Made by a program: the position numbers and the translations under genes. The notes under the pieces are model-generated. The model worked only from the letters and a program-made list of their open reading frames with translations. It ran no database searches and was not told the DNA's origin. Of a stretch of 64,000 nt of DNA, positions 25,840-39,043 are shown in pieces; position 1 is the stretch's first letter; each line of letters opens with the position of its first letter. Source of the stretch: Eledone cirrhosa. Its lineage: Eukaryota. The DNA lies in the NCBI GenBank assembly GCA_964016885.1, contig OZ024743.1, positions 217,930,001-217,994,000 of the forward strand, read 5' to 3'.

Positions 25840-27228
25840 TAAAATAACAGATTAAAGTTTAAGCAAAGAATCGCTGCTTTCACCCTTAACGGGATCTTCT
25901 GAAACTAACAAAGTCAATCTGTGAACGCAGAAGTAAGCATTCTAACCATCCTGCCCGCATAACCAAGAACTGGGTAAGAAACGTTTCTTTGAGGCTTTCC
26001 CGTCTATCTACTAACGAGCATATTTTCAACGACCATTCTACATATTACAATGAAGCTCTTGCTCAGAGTGGATTTATCGATAACGTAGCATATACAGAGT
26101 ACGAGAATAGACCTAGAAGAAATAGATCCCGACGCATTATATGGTATAACCGACCATATAATATGGAGGTGGCCACACCATTAGCTAAGATTTTTCTCTC
26201 GCTTATTATGAAGCATTTTCCCCCTACACATAAGTATAGTAAAACTTTTAATGGAAATACTATTAAAATGTCTTACTCTACGACTCCTAACCTTGCACAT
26301 AACATCACAGCTTCAAATTTAGCTAAACTACCTAGCCGTAGGAACACGTGCAACCCTGTAGTTAGTACTAACTGTAATTGTAAGAATCGGGTTGACTGCC
26401 CCCTATCCGGGAAATGCCTCTCTAGTAACATTGTCTACAAATATAAGGATGAAACACCCACGTCCCGTAGGGCCTACATAGGGTTAACCGCCAATAGATT
26501 CAAGCAGCGTCTTTACACGCATACCCATTCTTTTTGTTACCCTTTAAGAAGGAATATGACGTCACTTTCAGCTTATATCTGGAATCTAAAAGACAACCAC
26601 ATCCAATATAAGTTACACTGGGAGATCCTAGCTAGCGCTAGATCGTATAACGGAAATAAAAGACCATGTGACCAGGAAATACTCTACGCCAAAGACCACA
26701 TCTTAAACAAAATATCTGAGGCAATTTCGGCTTGTAAACATAAATTGCACAAAACTTTCCTGTATTACAGCCCCACGTTATACCCTAACGGATAGTACGA
26801 ACTATACGCGGATATTTTACGTCTTGATGTGGTAGCTAAGTATATGTTATGTTTATACCATTACTTATTTGTATAGGTAAGTATATATTACCTGTATGTT
26901 TTGTGAAGGTACGTATACTTTCTCGTACGTATATTTGGTTGTATATGTTATTGGCGTATATATTATTTTTTCTGGTACATATGCTTTTCTTTATGTGTAT
27001 ACGTGATTTTGCGTCTGTGTGAGTATGCGGGTGATGCATTGTGTTCTTGAGCGAAACAGGATTTAACCAGTGTTAGATTAGTAAGACCATTATTCAGCAG
27101 AGTACATGATAGTTGTGATAGCAGAGAGTGATTATATTAGAAAGGGTCGGGGCCAACGGTAGTGGTCTTGCCATTTCGACTATATCCAGATTGTTTCCAA
27201 ACCTGTCTGAAGTAGGATTGACATCTCT

Positions 27229-27285
<57 letters not shown>

Positions 27286-27316
27286 TTTGCTTAAACTTTA
27301 ATCTGTTATTTTAATA
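25838..27316 (+). mobile_element. 5'-truncated Penelope-like element with an inverted copy of its 3' terminus at the 5' end
   Basis: Contains the GIY-YIG ORF. TAAAATAACAGATTAAAGTTTAAGCAAAGAAT (25840-25870) is the reverse complement of 27282-27313. (TA)n on both sides. Confidence 0.8.
25989..26795 (+). pseudogene. Penelope-like RT thumb/linker plus C-terminal GIY-YIG endonuclease (RT core missing)
   Basis: RLSRLSTNEHIF, RRIIWYNRPY, KHFP, KMSYS..PN, CNCKNRVDCPLSGKCL, then IVY...AYIGLTANRFKQR..TH (GIY-YIG), and LNKISEAISACKH. Confidence 0.88.
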
Positions 27317-27365
27317 AATATATATATATATATATATATTTTTATATTATATTTATATATATATA

Positions 27366-27417
<52 letters not shown>

Positions 27418-27584
27418 ATATAAAATATATATATATATATATATTTATTAAAATAACAAATTAAAGTTTAAGCAAAGAATATACATATATATATATATAC
27501 TATATTATATTTTGAGATTAAACTCTCAGTCGTTTACAATTAATCAGCTCCAAGAAAGAGGCATTTCCAAGCAGTTAAATACAT

Positions 27585-27994
27585 TAATATATATGATAAA
27601 CACAAAACGTGTTTGCATTGTAACAGACAAAGTTAGCTATCAATGAAATAAACTAATTAAAGTGAATACATTTTGTCTGTCTCGATATAAGTCAATAAAG
27701 ACAAGCTTATATTGGCAAAAGCCGTGATTCCTGGACAAATCTAAATTTCAAAATCCAAACCCGCTCCGTAGATGAATTTGAACTTCGAAACCTAAATATG
27801 TTTCGCAACGATGGTACATGAATTGAAAAATAAAGAGAATCGAAATTGAATTGAAATAAAAAGTGAAATATCCAAATCTTCTGTGTTTATCAACAGGAAT
27901 CCAGTAAAATTAGTATTCACTTTAATTAGTTTATTTCATTGATAGCTAACTTTGTCTGTTACAATGCAAACACGTTTTGTGTTTATCATATATA

Positions 27995-27998
<4 letters not shown>
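27585..27998. repeat. Inverted repeat with ~85-bp near-perfect arms and a ~240-bp spacer, abutting (TA)n
   Basis: TATATATGATAAACACAAAACGTGTTTGCA...AAAGTGAATAC is mirrored at 27913-27998. Confidence 0.9.
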
Positions 27999-28071
<73 letters not shown>

Positions 28072-28140
28072 ATATATATATGTGTGTCTGTGTGTGTGTA
28101 TATATAATAAATATATATATATCTGTATATATATATTAGA

Positions 28141-28242
28141 AAGTGTCGTGTCCCGACGGCTGAGCACTTGCTGTTTCAACCGCTAATTCTAGATTGTTGA
28201 CAAAACTGCCAGAGATGTCAATCCTACTTCAGACAGTTTTGG

Positions 28243-28245
<3 letters not shown>
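28141..28245 (-). mobile_element. Family A-related pseudo-LTR fragment with a degenerate hammerhead
   Basis: Minus strand reads CTGAAGT-AGGATTGACATCTCTGGCA...AGAATTAGCGGTT-GAAA-CAGC..CTCAGCCG-TC-GGGAC. Its 5' part matches 27194-27232, downstream of the GIY-YIG ORF. Confidence 0.65.
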
Positions 28246-28282
<37 letters not shown>

Positions 28283-28414
28283 GCAAAGGGATATTTAATT
28301 TGTTGGTAATTCAACAAATATATATATTTATAACTGATTCGAATTACTCGATAGGTTTTCTGGAGTATAATATCAATGATATTAATAAATGGAAACTATA
28401 TTTATAAAACCATA

Positions 28415-28479
28415 TGTATTCTATTATATATATTTCAAGGGTACCAAAACTTTGGTACGCGCTCATCAGATAAAATACA
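28415..28479 (-). ncRNA. Minimal type I hammerhead ribozyme
   Basis: Minus strand reads TGTATTTTAT-CTGATGA-GCGCGTACCAAAGTTTTGGTACCCTT-GAAA-TATATA-TA-ATAGAATACA, with a 10-bp stem I and a palindromic stem III. Confidence 0.8.
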
Positions 28480-28611
28480 AAGTTTGTTTCATAACTATTC
28501 ACATATCCAGGATGAGACCTTAACGGTTTCAGTTTTACCTGGATAGTCCAGGTAAAACGTAAACCGTTAAGGTCTCATTCCTGGATATGTCAATATTTAT
28601 AAAACAAACTT

Positions 28612-28676
28612 TGTATTTCATCTGATGAGTGCGTACCAAAGTGTTGGTACCCTTGAAATATATATAATAGAATAAA
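28612..28676 (+). ncRNA. Minimal type I hammerhead ribozyme
   Basis: TGTATTTCAT-CTGATGA-GTGCGTACCAAAGTGTTGGTACCCTT-GAAA-TATATA-TA-ATAGAATA. Confidence 0.72.
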
Positions 28677-29738
28677 TATGGTTTTATAAATGTAGTTTCC
28701 ATTTTTTAATATCATTGATATATATATGTATATATATATATATACACACACACACATAAATTATGAATATATATATTCATAATTATGTGTGTGTTTGTAT
28801 GTGTGTTTATATGTCTGTCTGTCTGTTTACATGTGTATATGAATCGTATGTATAATAATGTGTATGAACTTCATTTATTTACACTTCACACAGGAGAGCG
28901 TTTATTGTTACCATCTCATCTTGTATAAAATTCACTAAATAAATAAAAATTGTTAAGGAGACAAATATGTTACGTTGTCAATTTCTCTTTATCTTGAAAG
29001 AAAAGATCAGGAACGAATATTTTGTCCTCGCTCGGCATGTCTTTTTAAACCATTATTGGATGAAAGTTATTATCTTGTGAATAGTTTGTCATTCACGATA
29101 TGCTACGTCAGTTTGAAGTTTTAAAGATTTATTATACAAAAGTATTATACTATGAACAATGTATCTTGTTCCCAATATCCTATAATTTAGATTTCGGTTG
29201 ATGCGGAAAATTATTTTATATACCTTGACGATATTAGAAACGTAAATGGTGCTGTTAATAGCTACTACTAGAAATCGAAGAATACTTAGGTAGGTTATAC
29301 TTTCTTATTTCACGCATAGCTCTACACGGTGATGGGGTTAAATATACAAAAATGAATCCGTAGTTAAATGCGAGACTTGTGATTTTAAATCATCTTAGAT
29401 TCTCCTAAGTTTTATAATATGATAGAAGTTTTAAAAAATGTATTATTTTGTAGCATTAGCGTAGGGGTTTCTGATTTTATATTAGTAATTGTGAAGTCTT
29501 TCGCTCATTATATTATTTCATTATGGGATTAAAAAAACAAGATTCGAATTCAAACTGCAGGTCACTAAATATGCATGAGAAAAATTATATACAAACTTTA
29601 ATCTAGAAATGAAACTTCTAAAGTTCAATATTATATAGAAAACTTAGTTAATTATCAATTAAATTATGCAGTTGGTTTAATTCGAAAACTGACGTTAGAA
29701 ATTGAAGAAATGTTTCTCATCATAATTGTTGTTAAAAA

Positions 29739-30470
29739 GCGGTAGATAGGCTGTATCATTAGAGCATTGAACAATATGTTTTACAGTATACAATTACGGA
29801 TCTTTAAGTTCTAAGTTCAAATCCCGCCAAGGCTAGCTTTCCATTTCATCTTTCGATAAAGGATAGTGCGATTAATGCACTGGAGTCGCTTTAATAGACT
29901 TTCCCCTCCCTACAAAATTGTCGGCCTTCTGCATAAATCAGAAAACATCATTATTATTATTGGCTAAGGATTTGCAATATCGGTAGAGCATCAGACAACA
30001 TGCTTTACTGTATAGAGTTTAGGCTCTTTATGTTCTGAGTTCAAATCCCGCCGATGTTAGCTTTACATTTCATCCTTACGCGGTCAATAAAATAAAGTAC
30101 CAGTAACGCACTGGTGTCGATTTAATCGACATTCCCCTCACTCCAAAATTGTTGGCCTTGAGTCTAAATCAGAAACCATTCCGCCGAGGTTAACTTTGCC
30201 TTTCATCCTTACAGGGTCGATAAAATAAAGTACCAGTAATACACTGGGGTATTTGCTGGCCTTGTGCAAAAAATAGAAACAATTATTATTAAGGGCGGTG
30301 GATTGGCAGAATTGGTAGAGGGCTTTCCAGCATAGTTACGTCCCTTTACGATCTGAGTTCAGATCCCGCCAAGGTTAACTTTCCCTTTCATCCTTACGAA
30401 GTCGATAAAATAAAGTACCAGTAATGTACTGGTTAATTGCTGGCCTTGTGCCGAAAGTAGAACAATTATT
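29739..30470 (+). mobile_element. Tandem cluster of four SINE copies or fragments
   Basis: Repeated GTTCAAATCCCGCC...TTTCATCC..GATAAAATAAAGTACCAGT units starting at about 29739, 29961, 30181 and 30293. Confidence 0.85.
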
Positions 30471-31918
30471 ATTATTGTTGTTGTTGTCATTGGTGCTGTA
30501 CGTTTTGTTTATGTTGTTATATGCATACATGTATATTTGATATCAAATAACTAGATAATGCTTTTGATTTCCTTTCGGCTCACTTAATAATGCTCTCTTT
30601 AAATGCAACAGTCAAAATATGAACTCTTTACTGGTGGGTTTCAGTACATCGCTTTATTAAGCTCTTTTGTTAAATCCTGGAATCACATAAGTGTATTAGG
30701 CTTAAAGGAATATTTTATGTACATGTCTTTCCAAATGCAATCAAGATTTGTAACCAGGGGGCGAATAAGAAGGATTATGTGTTCGTCATATGGGTGACTA
30801 TGTGTGTGTGTGTATATATATATGATTTTATGTTTTTTGTGAAAGAGTAAGTTTACGTACACATTTTATAAATTCATTGTTTAATCAAGAGGCTTTGAAT
30901 TTTGTCTTATTTAAATTATATTTTTTTTTTTTGTTTTACTTATTATATTTTTCAATCCTAGCATTTTGTCAATAACATGTTAATTAGAAAAGAAAGGCGA
31001 AAAACAACTCCAGCAGAGAAGGAAATGGTTAGTGAAGTAGACTAACGTGGTACAAGAAATAAATACATATATTACGAAGTTTAATAAACTATAAAGAACC
31101 CATTCAAACAAATAACAATTATATGACAGAATAACATAATGAACAGAACTGTTTGTTTTTTAATATTTAAAGAAACATAATATCTTGAGGATTAATTCTG
31201 AAAGGATTAAAGATAATATTACTTTAATATTACATACATTTATTTTTTATTTTATTTCAAATTATTTATTCGTTTGTTTTATAATGTTTTGTTGTTGTTT
31301 GTTTTATCTTAGATAAAAGATTTGAAAATTCTAAAACCAAACGAAAGAGATGAAAATTAAAAGAAACATAAATACAAATTTGCATAAAGATATTGGAAAT
31401 TCAAAATCATATTTTCTGAAATATGATGTCTTACAAATATTGTTCTCTTCGTAGTATTGTGGGAAAAAACGTTAACAAACAAACCAAATATATATAAGAA
31501 ACGAATAAGTTCACAAAGTATGTTGGTAAATATCCATCCTATTGAATACGTGTGCGTATGAATAAGTGCAATGGGCAGCCATTTTATTTTATAAAAGTTA
31601 TTTTAGTATTTTTTCTTTGTAATATAAGCTTGTTTAACGAATCGCATATCCCGGAAATCACTTTGTCTCCAGTATGTTTCCGCCTTCGTACAATTATACA
31701 TTCAACTTTATGTAAGTATGTGTATTTCAGGGTTCATAAACATGTGTATTTGTTTACGCATGCGTGTGAGTCGGGGGTGTATTGAATGATACATACGTTT
31801 CTATCCCACTTAGTCGCCAGAATTTTGGTTTCTTTTTACAATGGTACTCTGTATTTAAATTTCGCTGCGCATTCTTTCAAATTCTAAACATACATACTCA
31901 CAAAAACGCACGAGCGTG

Positions 31919-31986
<68 letters not shown>

Positions 31987-32322
31987 TACAAATATAATTA
32001 TATATATATACGGGGAGATACTAGTTAAAACTGGTAAGACCATTTTCAGCTCAGTAGTTACCATTTCGATTCGATCCATTCATTACCGAAACGGTAAGAG
32101 CTCAGCCGTAGGGCAGAAGAGGTTCGATAAGTGCGAGATCCGTACACTAACAAGTGAATAGTATTTTCTTCCAAAGAACCACTCTGATGATGGAATTTTT
32201 ATCCAATGTCTGTCGTCTTAATTTATGAAGATAATTAATAGTATCTCTTAGTGCCAGAATCTGCAGTTAGGGGTAAGATTCGAGTAAACTCTCTTGTATT
32301 AGTTTTGCTTGTATTCTACCCA

Positions 32323-32378
<56 letters not shown>

Positions 32379-32411
32379 GTTGTGTGTGTGTGTGTGTGAG
32401 TGTGTGTGTGT

Positions 32412-32490
<79 letters not shown>

Positions 32491-32809
32491 AAAAAGAAGT
32501 TGAAAATGCTATTTGAGTCTTTAAGAACGTTTATTTACAATAATTTATAACTTTACCGGTTTCATTGATTCATAAATTTTAAAAGTCAAAAGAGATGGAG
32601 AAATGTGTGTCTATGCCGACATGTAACGCGCATCTAACTGACGTTGGGAATTGCTTTCGGTTTCATAAAAAAATGTGACTCAGATTGCTATATATTCGAA
32701 GTACAATTTGATAGATTGAGGGAGACCACGTGATTAGACAACAAATGTTTACGTAATTTTCTTTAGTCAAAATGCGGCTAAAGCTCTTATTTCTAACTAT
32801 ATATATATA

Positions 32810-32875
<66 letters not shown>

Positions 32876-33605
32876 CATTGCGTCTGTGTAGATATGTATG
32901 TATATTCTTTTATTTTTATTCCTTTAGTCATTCCTTCGTTTAACTTTGGTCAGACTAGAGCCCCGAATCGATGCTAATTTATATATAGTATTTAATGCCA
33001 TTAGATGTTCGTATAGATCTTTACCTTGACTATTCCGTTGAATTATTCAGGTTAGTCCTACGATTTAGGATAAAACTATCTAGGGATTATTACATAACGA
33101 CTTGCTGCACGCTATCTTGGTCGATTTATAAACGTCAGCCGTATCTGACTCTCTCATTATCTGTCTACTTAAATTTTTATCTATTTAGAGAGCCCCCAAT
33201 CCCTCACATCACTGAAACACACATAACATATGCGTATAAAATCACACTCTCAACCTCCTTCTCCGTCATACACACAATCGTTCTCGCTCACATACACGCA
33301 CGCACACACACATATATATATATATATGTGTGTATATATATATATATGTGTATATATATATATATAAATATAAACATATATATATATGTATGTGTATATA
33401 TATATATATATGTATATATTTATATATATATATATATACTATACAGTGGTGGCCATAGCTTACCCTGATGTCTAAGGTCGTGCATTCATTTTAAGTGTAT
33501 GAAATTTTAATTATACCATATATATATGTGAGTCGTCCTGGGTTCAATCGGGGTAACCATCGTTAGTAAGGCACTCAATAGTAGAGTGTATATAGTATAT
33601 TTAAA

Positions 33606-33706
33606 ATAGAAATGGCTTCTGCGAGTCTAGAACTGTTTCATTGGAAGCCTTACTTGATGATTTCCTTCGAATGAAACAGTTCTAGTCTTGTAGAATCCAT
33701 TTCTAT
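33606..33706. repeat. Imperfect hairpin with ~42-bp arms
   Basis: ATAGAAATGGCTTCTGCGAGTCTAGAACTGTTTCATT is mirrored by AATGAAACAGTTCTAGTCTTGTAGAATCCATTTCTAT. The right-arm sequence recurs at about 40951-40985. Confidence 0.75.
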
Positions 33707-33742
33707 ATTAAATTTGTTATATAAATATGTGTGTCTGCGTGC

Positions 33743-33812
<70 letters not shown>

Positions 33813-35261
33813 CTATGTATTCTCTTACCCATATATCTCTTTGTATGTATATGTCTCTAAAAACATTACTATTTCATACGTGGATACAATAGCAATGCAG
33901 AATAGTAAGAAAAATAAATACGATAGATATATATGGGTTGTTGCCATTCATAATATCGTGTTTTACTTTCTTTTTCTATTCGAATTATATTTCTCTCTTA
34001 TTCTACCTCTCATCAATCTCAACCTGTCTAACCCACAGCAGCAAGGTTCTCAACAAGATGACACAACCTTACGTGACCCTGGAGGTGGAGCAGGCTCTGG
34101 CTAACTAGACCAGCGAAGGCCTCTCCGTCCCACAATATACAAACGTCCAACGTGACTGGGACGACATCATATGCAGTTCTACCCTTAGGTGGATCGAGTC
34201 TGGCTTGGACCAACACCTCCGCACCTGCCACCGTTCCACCTCACAGCCAAACAGCTGTGCGTGGTTCAATTTGGTGCCCTTCACATCAACCAGTACCCTT
34301 CTTGATGACGTGTCCTCTCGCATCAGAGAGGTCCAACGCCACGGCCTCCTGTATATTACTGCGGTAAGAATGGATGTATGTATGAGCGGGTTGGATTCTG
34401 CGCGGCAGATGTCGGTAATTTGATGACGAGGGAGACTCAAATTAGACTAGGGGTTGAAAATCCCTCCGGTAAAACACGTGTCCTCAAATATGGTTTGCTG
34501 ATTTGTTGGGGAATTAACTCGCTAACTCTTTCTCTCTCTCACTCTCTCTCTCCCTTGTTAGTCTCTATTATTGGCTATAATCAGTTGTGTGTGTGTGTGT
34601 GTATGTGCGTGTATATGTGTGTCTATCGAAGAAGTACTGACACGGTGTGTATTTGGATAAAAGGTAAATAGATTTTAAACTCACACATGATTTATACGTT
34701 AGCTCGATATTGTGTGTAACCTATAAGGGCCTCTATACAGACCGAACTAAAGAAAACATGTCTAATTTCTATGAAATGGAAGCTATACACACACACATGT
34801 ATATTATATATATATACACATATATATAGATATAAATATAGATATATTATATGTGTATGTATGTCTGTCTACTTAAATTTGTATCTATTTAGATAGCTCC
34901 CAATCCCTCACATCACTGAAACACACATAACATATGCGTATAAAATCACACTGCTATCTTAGTTATAATTTATGTTATTCTACATCTCTTCGCATCACGT
35001 TGCTACAGGCCAGTTAATTCAGAAATTTTGCAAAGAAACAAGAAATTTGAGAAAAAATTATTAACAATGTGAAGTGTGTGCTTTTGCTCATGATTGTATA
35101 TTAACTAAGTAGGAATTTTAAAACATATCCGAAAGATGAGTCCCAATTTACCCTTACATATTTTTATAGAAACATTTATAACACAACACTGCTCGAAGCA
35201 ACGAAATTTATATAATACAAACACACACATACACACACAAATATTCTTATAATCATTAGTG

Positions 35262-35336
<75 letters not shown>

Positions 35337-35369
35337 ATGTATGTATGGATGGATTTATGTATGCATATG

Positions 35370-35419
<50 letters not shown>

Positions 35420-35454
35420 CGTATGTATATATGTGAATATGCATACATAGATCC

Positions 35455-35562
<108 letters not shown>

Positions 35563-35792
35563 GATATATATATATACGTGCTTCTATGAGTGTTTGTTTT
35601 GTACGTCCGTATGTGTGCGTACTCCAAAAATTCACCAACAATAAATATGGACATATATTCATCTTCCAGCGATTGATCAATAATTTAAATTGCTTGGCAA
35701 AATATTACATCACTGTTAGTTTTATCGTTGAAAGCTAAACAGAGGTTTTCTACAGATTTCCTTGTGCATATATACCAGTGTGTGTGGGTAGC

Positions 35793-35866
<74 letters not shown>

Positions 35867-36130
35867 AATATATATAAATATGTATATATATATATATATA
35901 TATAAATATAAGTGTGTGTATATATATATATATATATATATTGTCAACCACACATACTAGCATCGTATCAGCTTCAATTTCTCATTGCGACCGATGGCAA
36001 CTTATTTTGTCCATCTTTTAAAGGTGTTCACCCTACTTTATAAACTGCCTTTATAGCATTTCTGCGCTTGAGCAGTTTCTTTATACTTATATATGTATGT
36101 GTGAGCGTGTGTGTGCGCGCATGTGTGTGT

Positions 36131-36350
36131 ATACGAGAGTTGACTCAACATTTCATTGGCTGAAAGTTTCATAGTTGACCAACATACTCTTATGGAATTA
36201 CCAAATGTGGTATATTTTGCAATACAGTTTTGGAAAGAAACTTTGTAATTATAAATATGAAGAAATGAAATTAATGCATACAACATTTCAGAAGTCACGA
36301 AGCACTCTTTCATAGTCATCCTATGAACCTTTCAGCCGGCTCTCGCATAT
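36131..36350. mobile_element. Mariner-derived MITE
   Basis: TACGAGAGTTG...GGCTGAAAGTTTCATAG at the left end and CTATGAACCTTTCAGCCGGCTCTCGCA at the right end, in a TA context. The TIR type matches 62827-63031 and ~40911. Confidence 0.6.
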
Positions 36351-36535
36351 ATATATATATATATTTCGTTTCTGAATTTGTTTAGCAAGATTCTTTATCT
36401 GAAAACGTGTGTTGAAAACGTGTGTTGAAACCGATATTGTTATACTTCCTAAATTTATAAATTTATTATAATAAATTGAAGTGAAATAATCTGGTGCGTG
36501 TGTTTCTTATTGACAACATGACCCTCCCAAAGTAT

Positions 36536-36656
<121 letters not shown>

Positions 36657-36823
36657 GTTATTTATATATTTATATATTTTCCTATTACCCTAAGTATCGA
36701 GTTGGTCTACCTGTTTTCTTACATTTTCTACCATTTATGGTCTACCTGTTTTCTTACATTTTCTTTGTTATATATATAATTCTTATCGAGCCCTCTTCGG
36801 ATTTTAGTCTTCATATTTATTAT

Positions 36824-36862
<39 letters not shown>

Positions 36863-36886
36863 CGGAGATCAGATCACATAGGAAAT

Positions 36887-36976
36887 ACATATCTGACGAC
36901 CTATCGATTACAGAGTCAGGTTCGATCTATAATAAGTCTTTCCTCGAGCTGATCGATAGTGAAACATGTAATATGT
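36887..36976 (+). ncRNA. Type I hammerhead ribozyme, same family as 20544
   Basis: ACATAT-CTGACGA-C-CTATCGAT...ATCGATAG-T-GAAA-CATG-TA-ATATGT. Perfect stem I, 8-bp stem II base and palindromic ACATGT stem III. Starts 28 nt after (TA)n. Confidence 0.85.
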
Positions 36977-37020
36977 TATGATGCAATACTGAATCCTTGT
37001 TCCTTTACTCTTATAGTAGC

Positions 37021-37139
37021 GTTTAAGTATTCATTTTTATAATAGTTGAATTCTCTGGTGGTGAAACTCCAGAGTAACAAAGCTCACAATTTAACCTTAC
37101 ATACATACATACACACATAATACGTACATACATATATAC

Positions 37140-37196
<57 letters not shown>

Positions 37197-37277
37197 GCTA
37201 AGACTATATTGTGAGACTTGTTACTCTGGAGTTTCACCACCAGAGAATTCAACCATTATAAAAATGAATACTTAAAC
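37021..37277. repeat. Inverted repeat with ~70-bp arms around a microsatellite; arms carry a hammerhead-like 3' half
   Basis: GTTTAAGTATTCATTTTTATAAT...GAAACTCCAGAGTAACAA is mirrored at 37208-37277. Confidence 0.8.
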
Positions 37278-37323
37278 TCTACATCGGTATTGAGAACTCT
37301 TTTCTCTCGGTCGTCAACAACAT

Positions 37324-37371
<48 letters not shown>

Positions 37372-37913
37372 GATGTATGTGTTTGTGTATGCGCGTATAT
37401 ATATATGTGTCCTGTGTATATGTTGTGCGTATGTATGTGTAGATGCAGGCAGATGCGTAAGTAAATACTTGCTTGAGTGTGTACACTAAAGAAATCAGTT
37501 AATTGCATGCCGCGTACTTTATTTATTCAATGGCTTGAAGCTGTAGCTTTATTCTGTGACTAATCTAAGTTTTTCGTTTGCTGATTCTTTTATGCTGGCT
37601 TGTCTTTAATCAAAAAAGTCGATAATTCCCTACTCTACAGAATAGACATTTTTCAAATGTAGGAAATTATATTTTAGAACACGCATTTGATTCCTAAACC
37701 TGACTGCAGCATGAAATTCCAGACAAAGCGGCAGATAAAATATGTTAAGTGTAACTTAGATATGTGTTCTTCTCAAAACAGTCTTGATAAGTTAGACAAC
37801 CTGTGATTTTGTGGATGGGTCCTTAAACTTAGGTTTGATTGTGCTTCTTGAAAGTTTACGAAGCTTGAGTAAAAGATGTGGGAGGGAGAAAATGGGAGAG
37901 AGGAGTATATGTC

Positions 37914-38000
<87 letters not shown>

Positions 38001-38116
38001 GACATGGAGAGAGGGGGGCAGTTAATGCACGTAGATAATTATGGAATAAAGATGATAGACATTAGGATTCCTGCGTATGGCTAGAGACAATAAACATCAG
38101 TCACACACACACACAC

Positions 38117-38206
38117 TCACACACACTTATAAATCTGTATATATATATATATATATATACATATATACATATGTATACATATATATATATATATATATAC
38201 ATATGT

Positions 38207-38255
<49 letters not shown>

Positions 38256-38268
38256 TACATATGTATAC

Positions 38269-38301
<33 letters not shown>

Positions 38302-38443
38302 CATATACATAAATATATATGTGTGTGTGTATATATATATATAGGCATATATATATACATATATATATATATATAAATATATATAAATATATATGCATAT
38401 ATATATATGCATATATATATAAATATATATGCATATATATATA

Positions 38444-38487
<44 letters not shown>

Positions 38488-38523
38488 TAACGAAGGAAAT
38501 GTGCATATATATATATATATATA

Positions 38524-38592
<69 letters not shown>

Positions 38593-38621
38593 GCATATAT
38601 ATGCATATATATATATATATA

Positions 38622-38667
<46 letters not shown>

Positions 38668-38697
38668 TATATATGCATATATATATATATATATGCA

Positions 38698-38759
<62 letters not shown>
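38117..38759. repeat. Long compound (TA)n/(TATATG)n microsatellite
   Basis: Direct inspection. It is the source of the spurious IYIY ORFs here. Confidence 0.95.
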
Positions 38760-38762
<3 letters not shown>

Positions 38763-38847
38763 GGTGACCCCAAAAAATGTATGCATACTTCAACAACATT
38801 CTAATAAATATTGCTTGTACAGGTTATCAAACTGTGTATATATATAT

Positions 38848-39043
38848 ATAGGAACGAGTAGGACCCCGACGGCTGAGCTCAAGCCGTCTCGACGGCTAAT
38901 TCTGGACTCCAGAATTAGCCGTCGAAACGGCTTGAGCTCAGCCGTCGGGGTCCTACTCGTTCCTATTACCCACTCTACTACCCTAAGTATTGAGTACTTT
39001 GGTGCGTTATGGTCCATCTGGTTCCTTACCACATTCCTTCATT
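38848..39043. mobile_element. Family A fold-back element (59-bp arms, 1-nt loop) in (TA)n
   Basis: Centre is TCTGGA-C-TCCAGA. The arms contain GAAA-CGGCTTGAGCTCAGCCG-TC-GGGGTC (hammerhead stem III, cleavage triplet and stem I'). Confidence 0.88.

Larger units (their letters stand above)
28371..28720. mobile_element. Fold-back element (~175-bp arms, 3-nt loop) with a hammerhead in each arm
   Basis: Centre is CCTGGA-TAG-TCCAGG. The arms mirror out to TATCAATGATATTAA/TTAATATCATTGATA. Confidence 0.88.

Noticed and set aside
29739-30470. Tandem repeats with variable intervening sequence resembling a CRISPR array
   Set aside because: The units are 110-220-bp SINE copies in eukaryotic DNA, and no cas genes are present.
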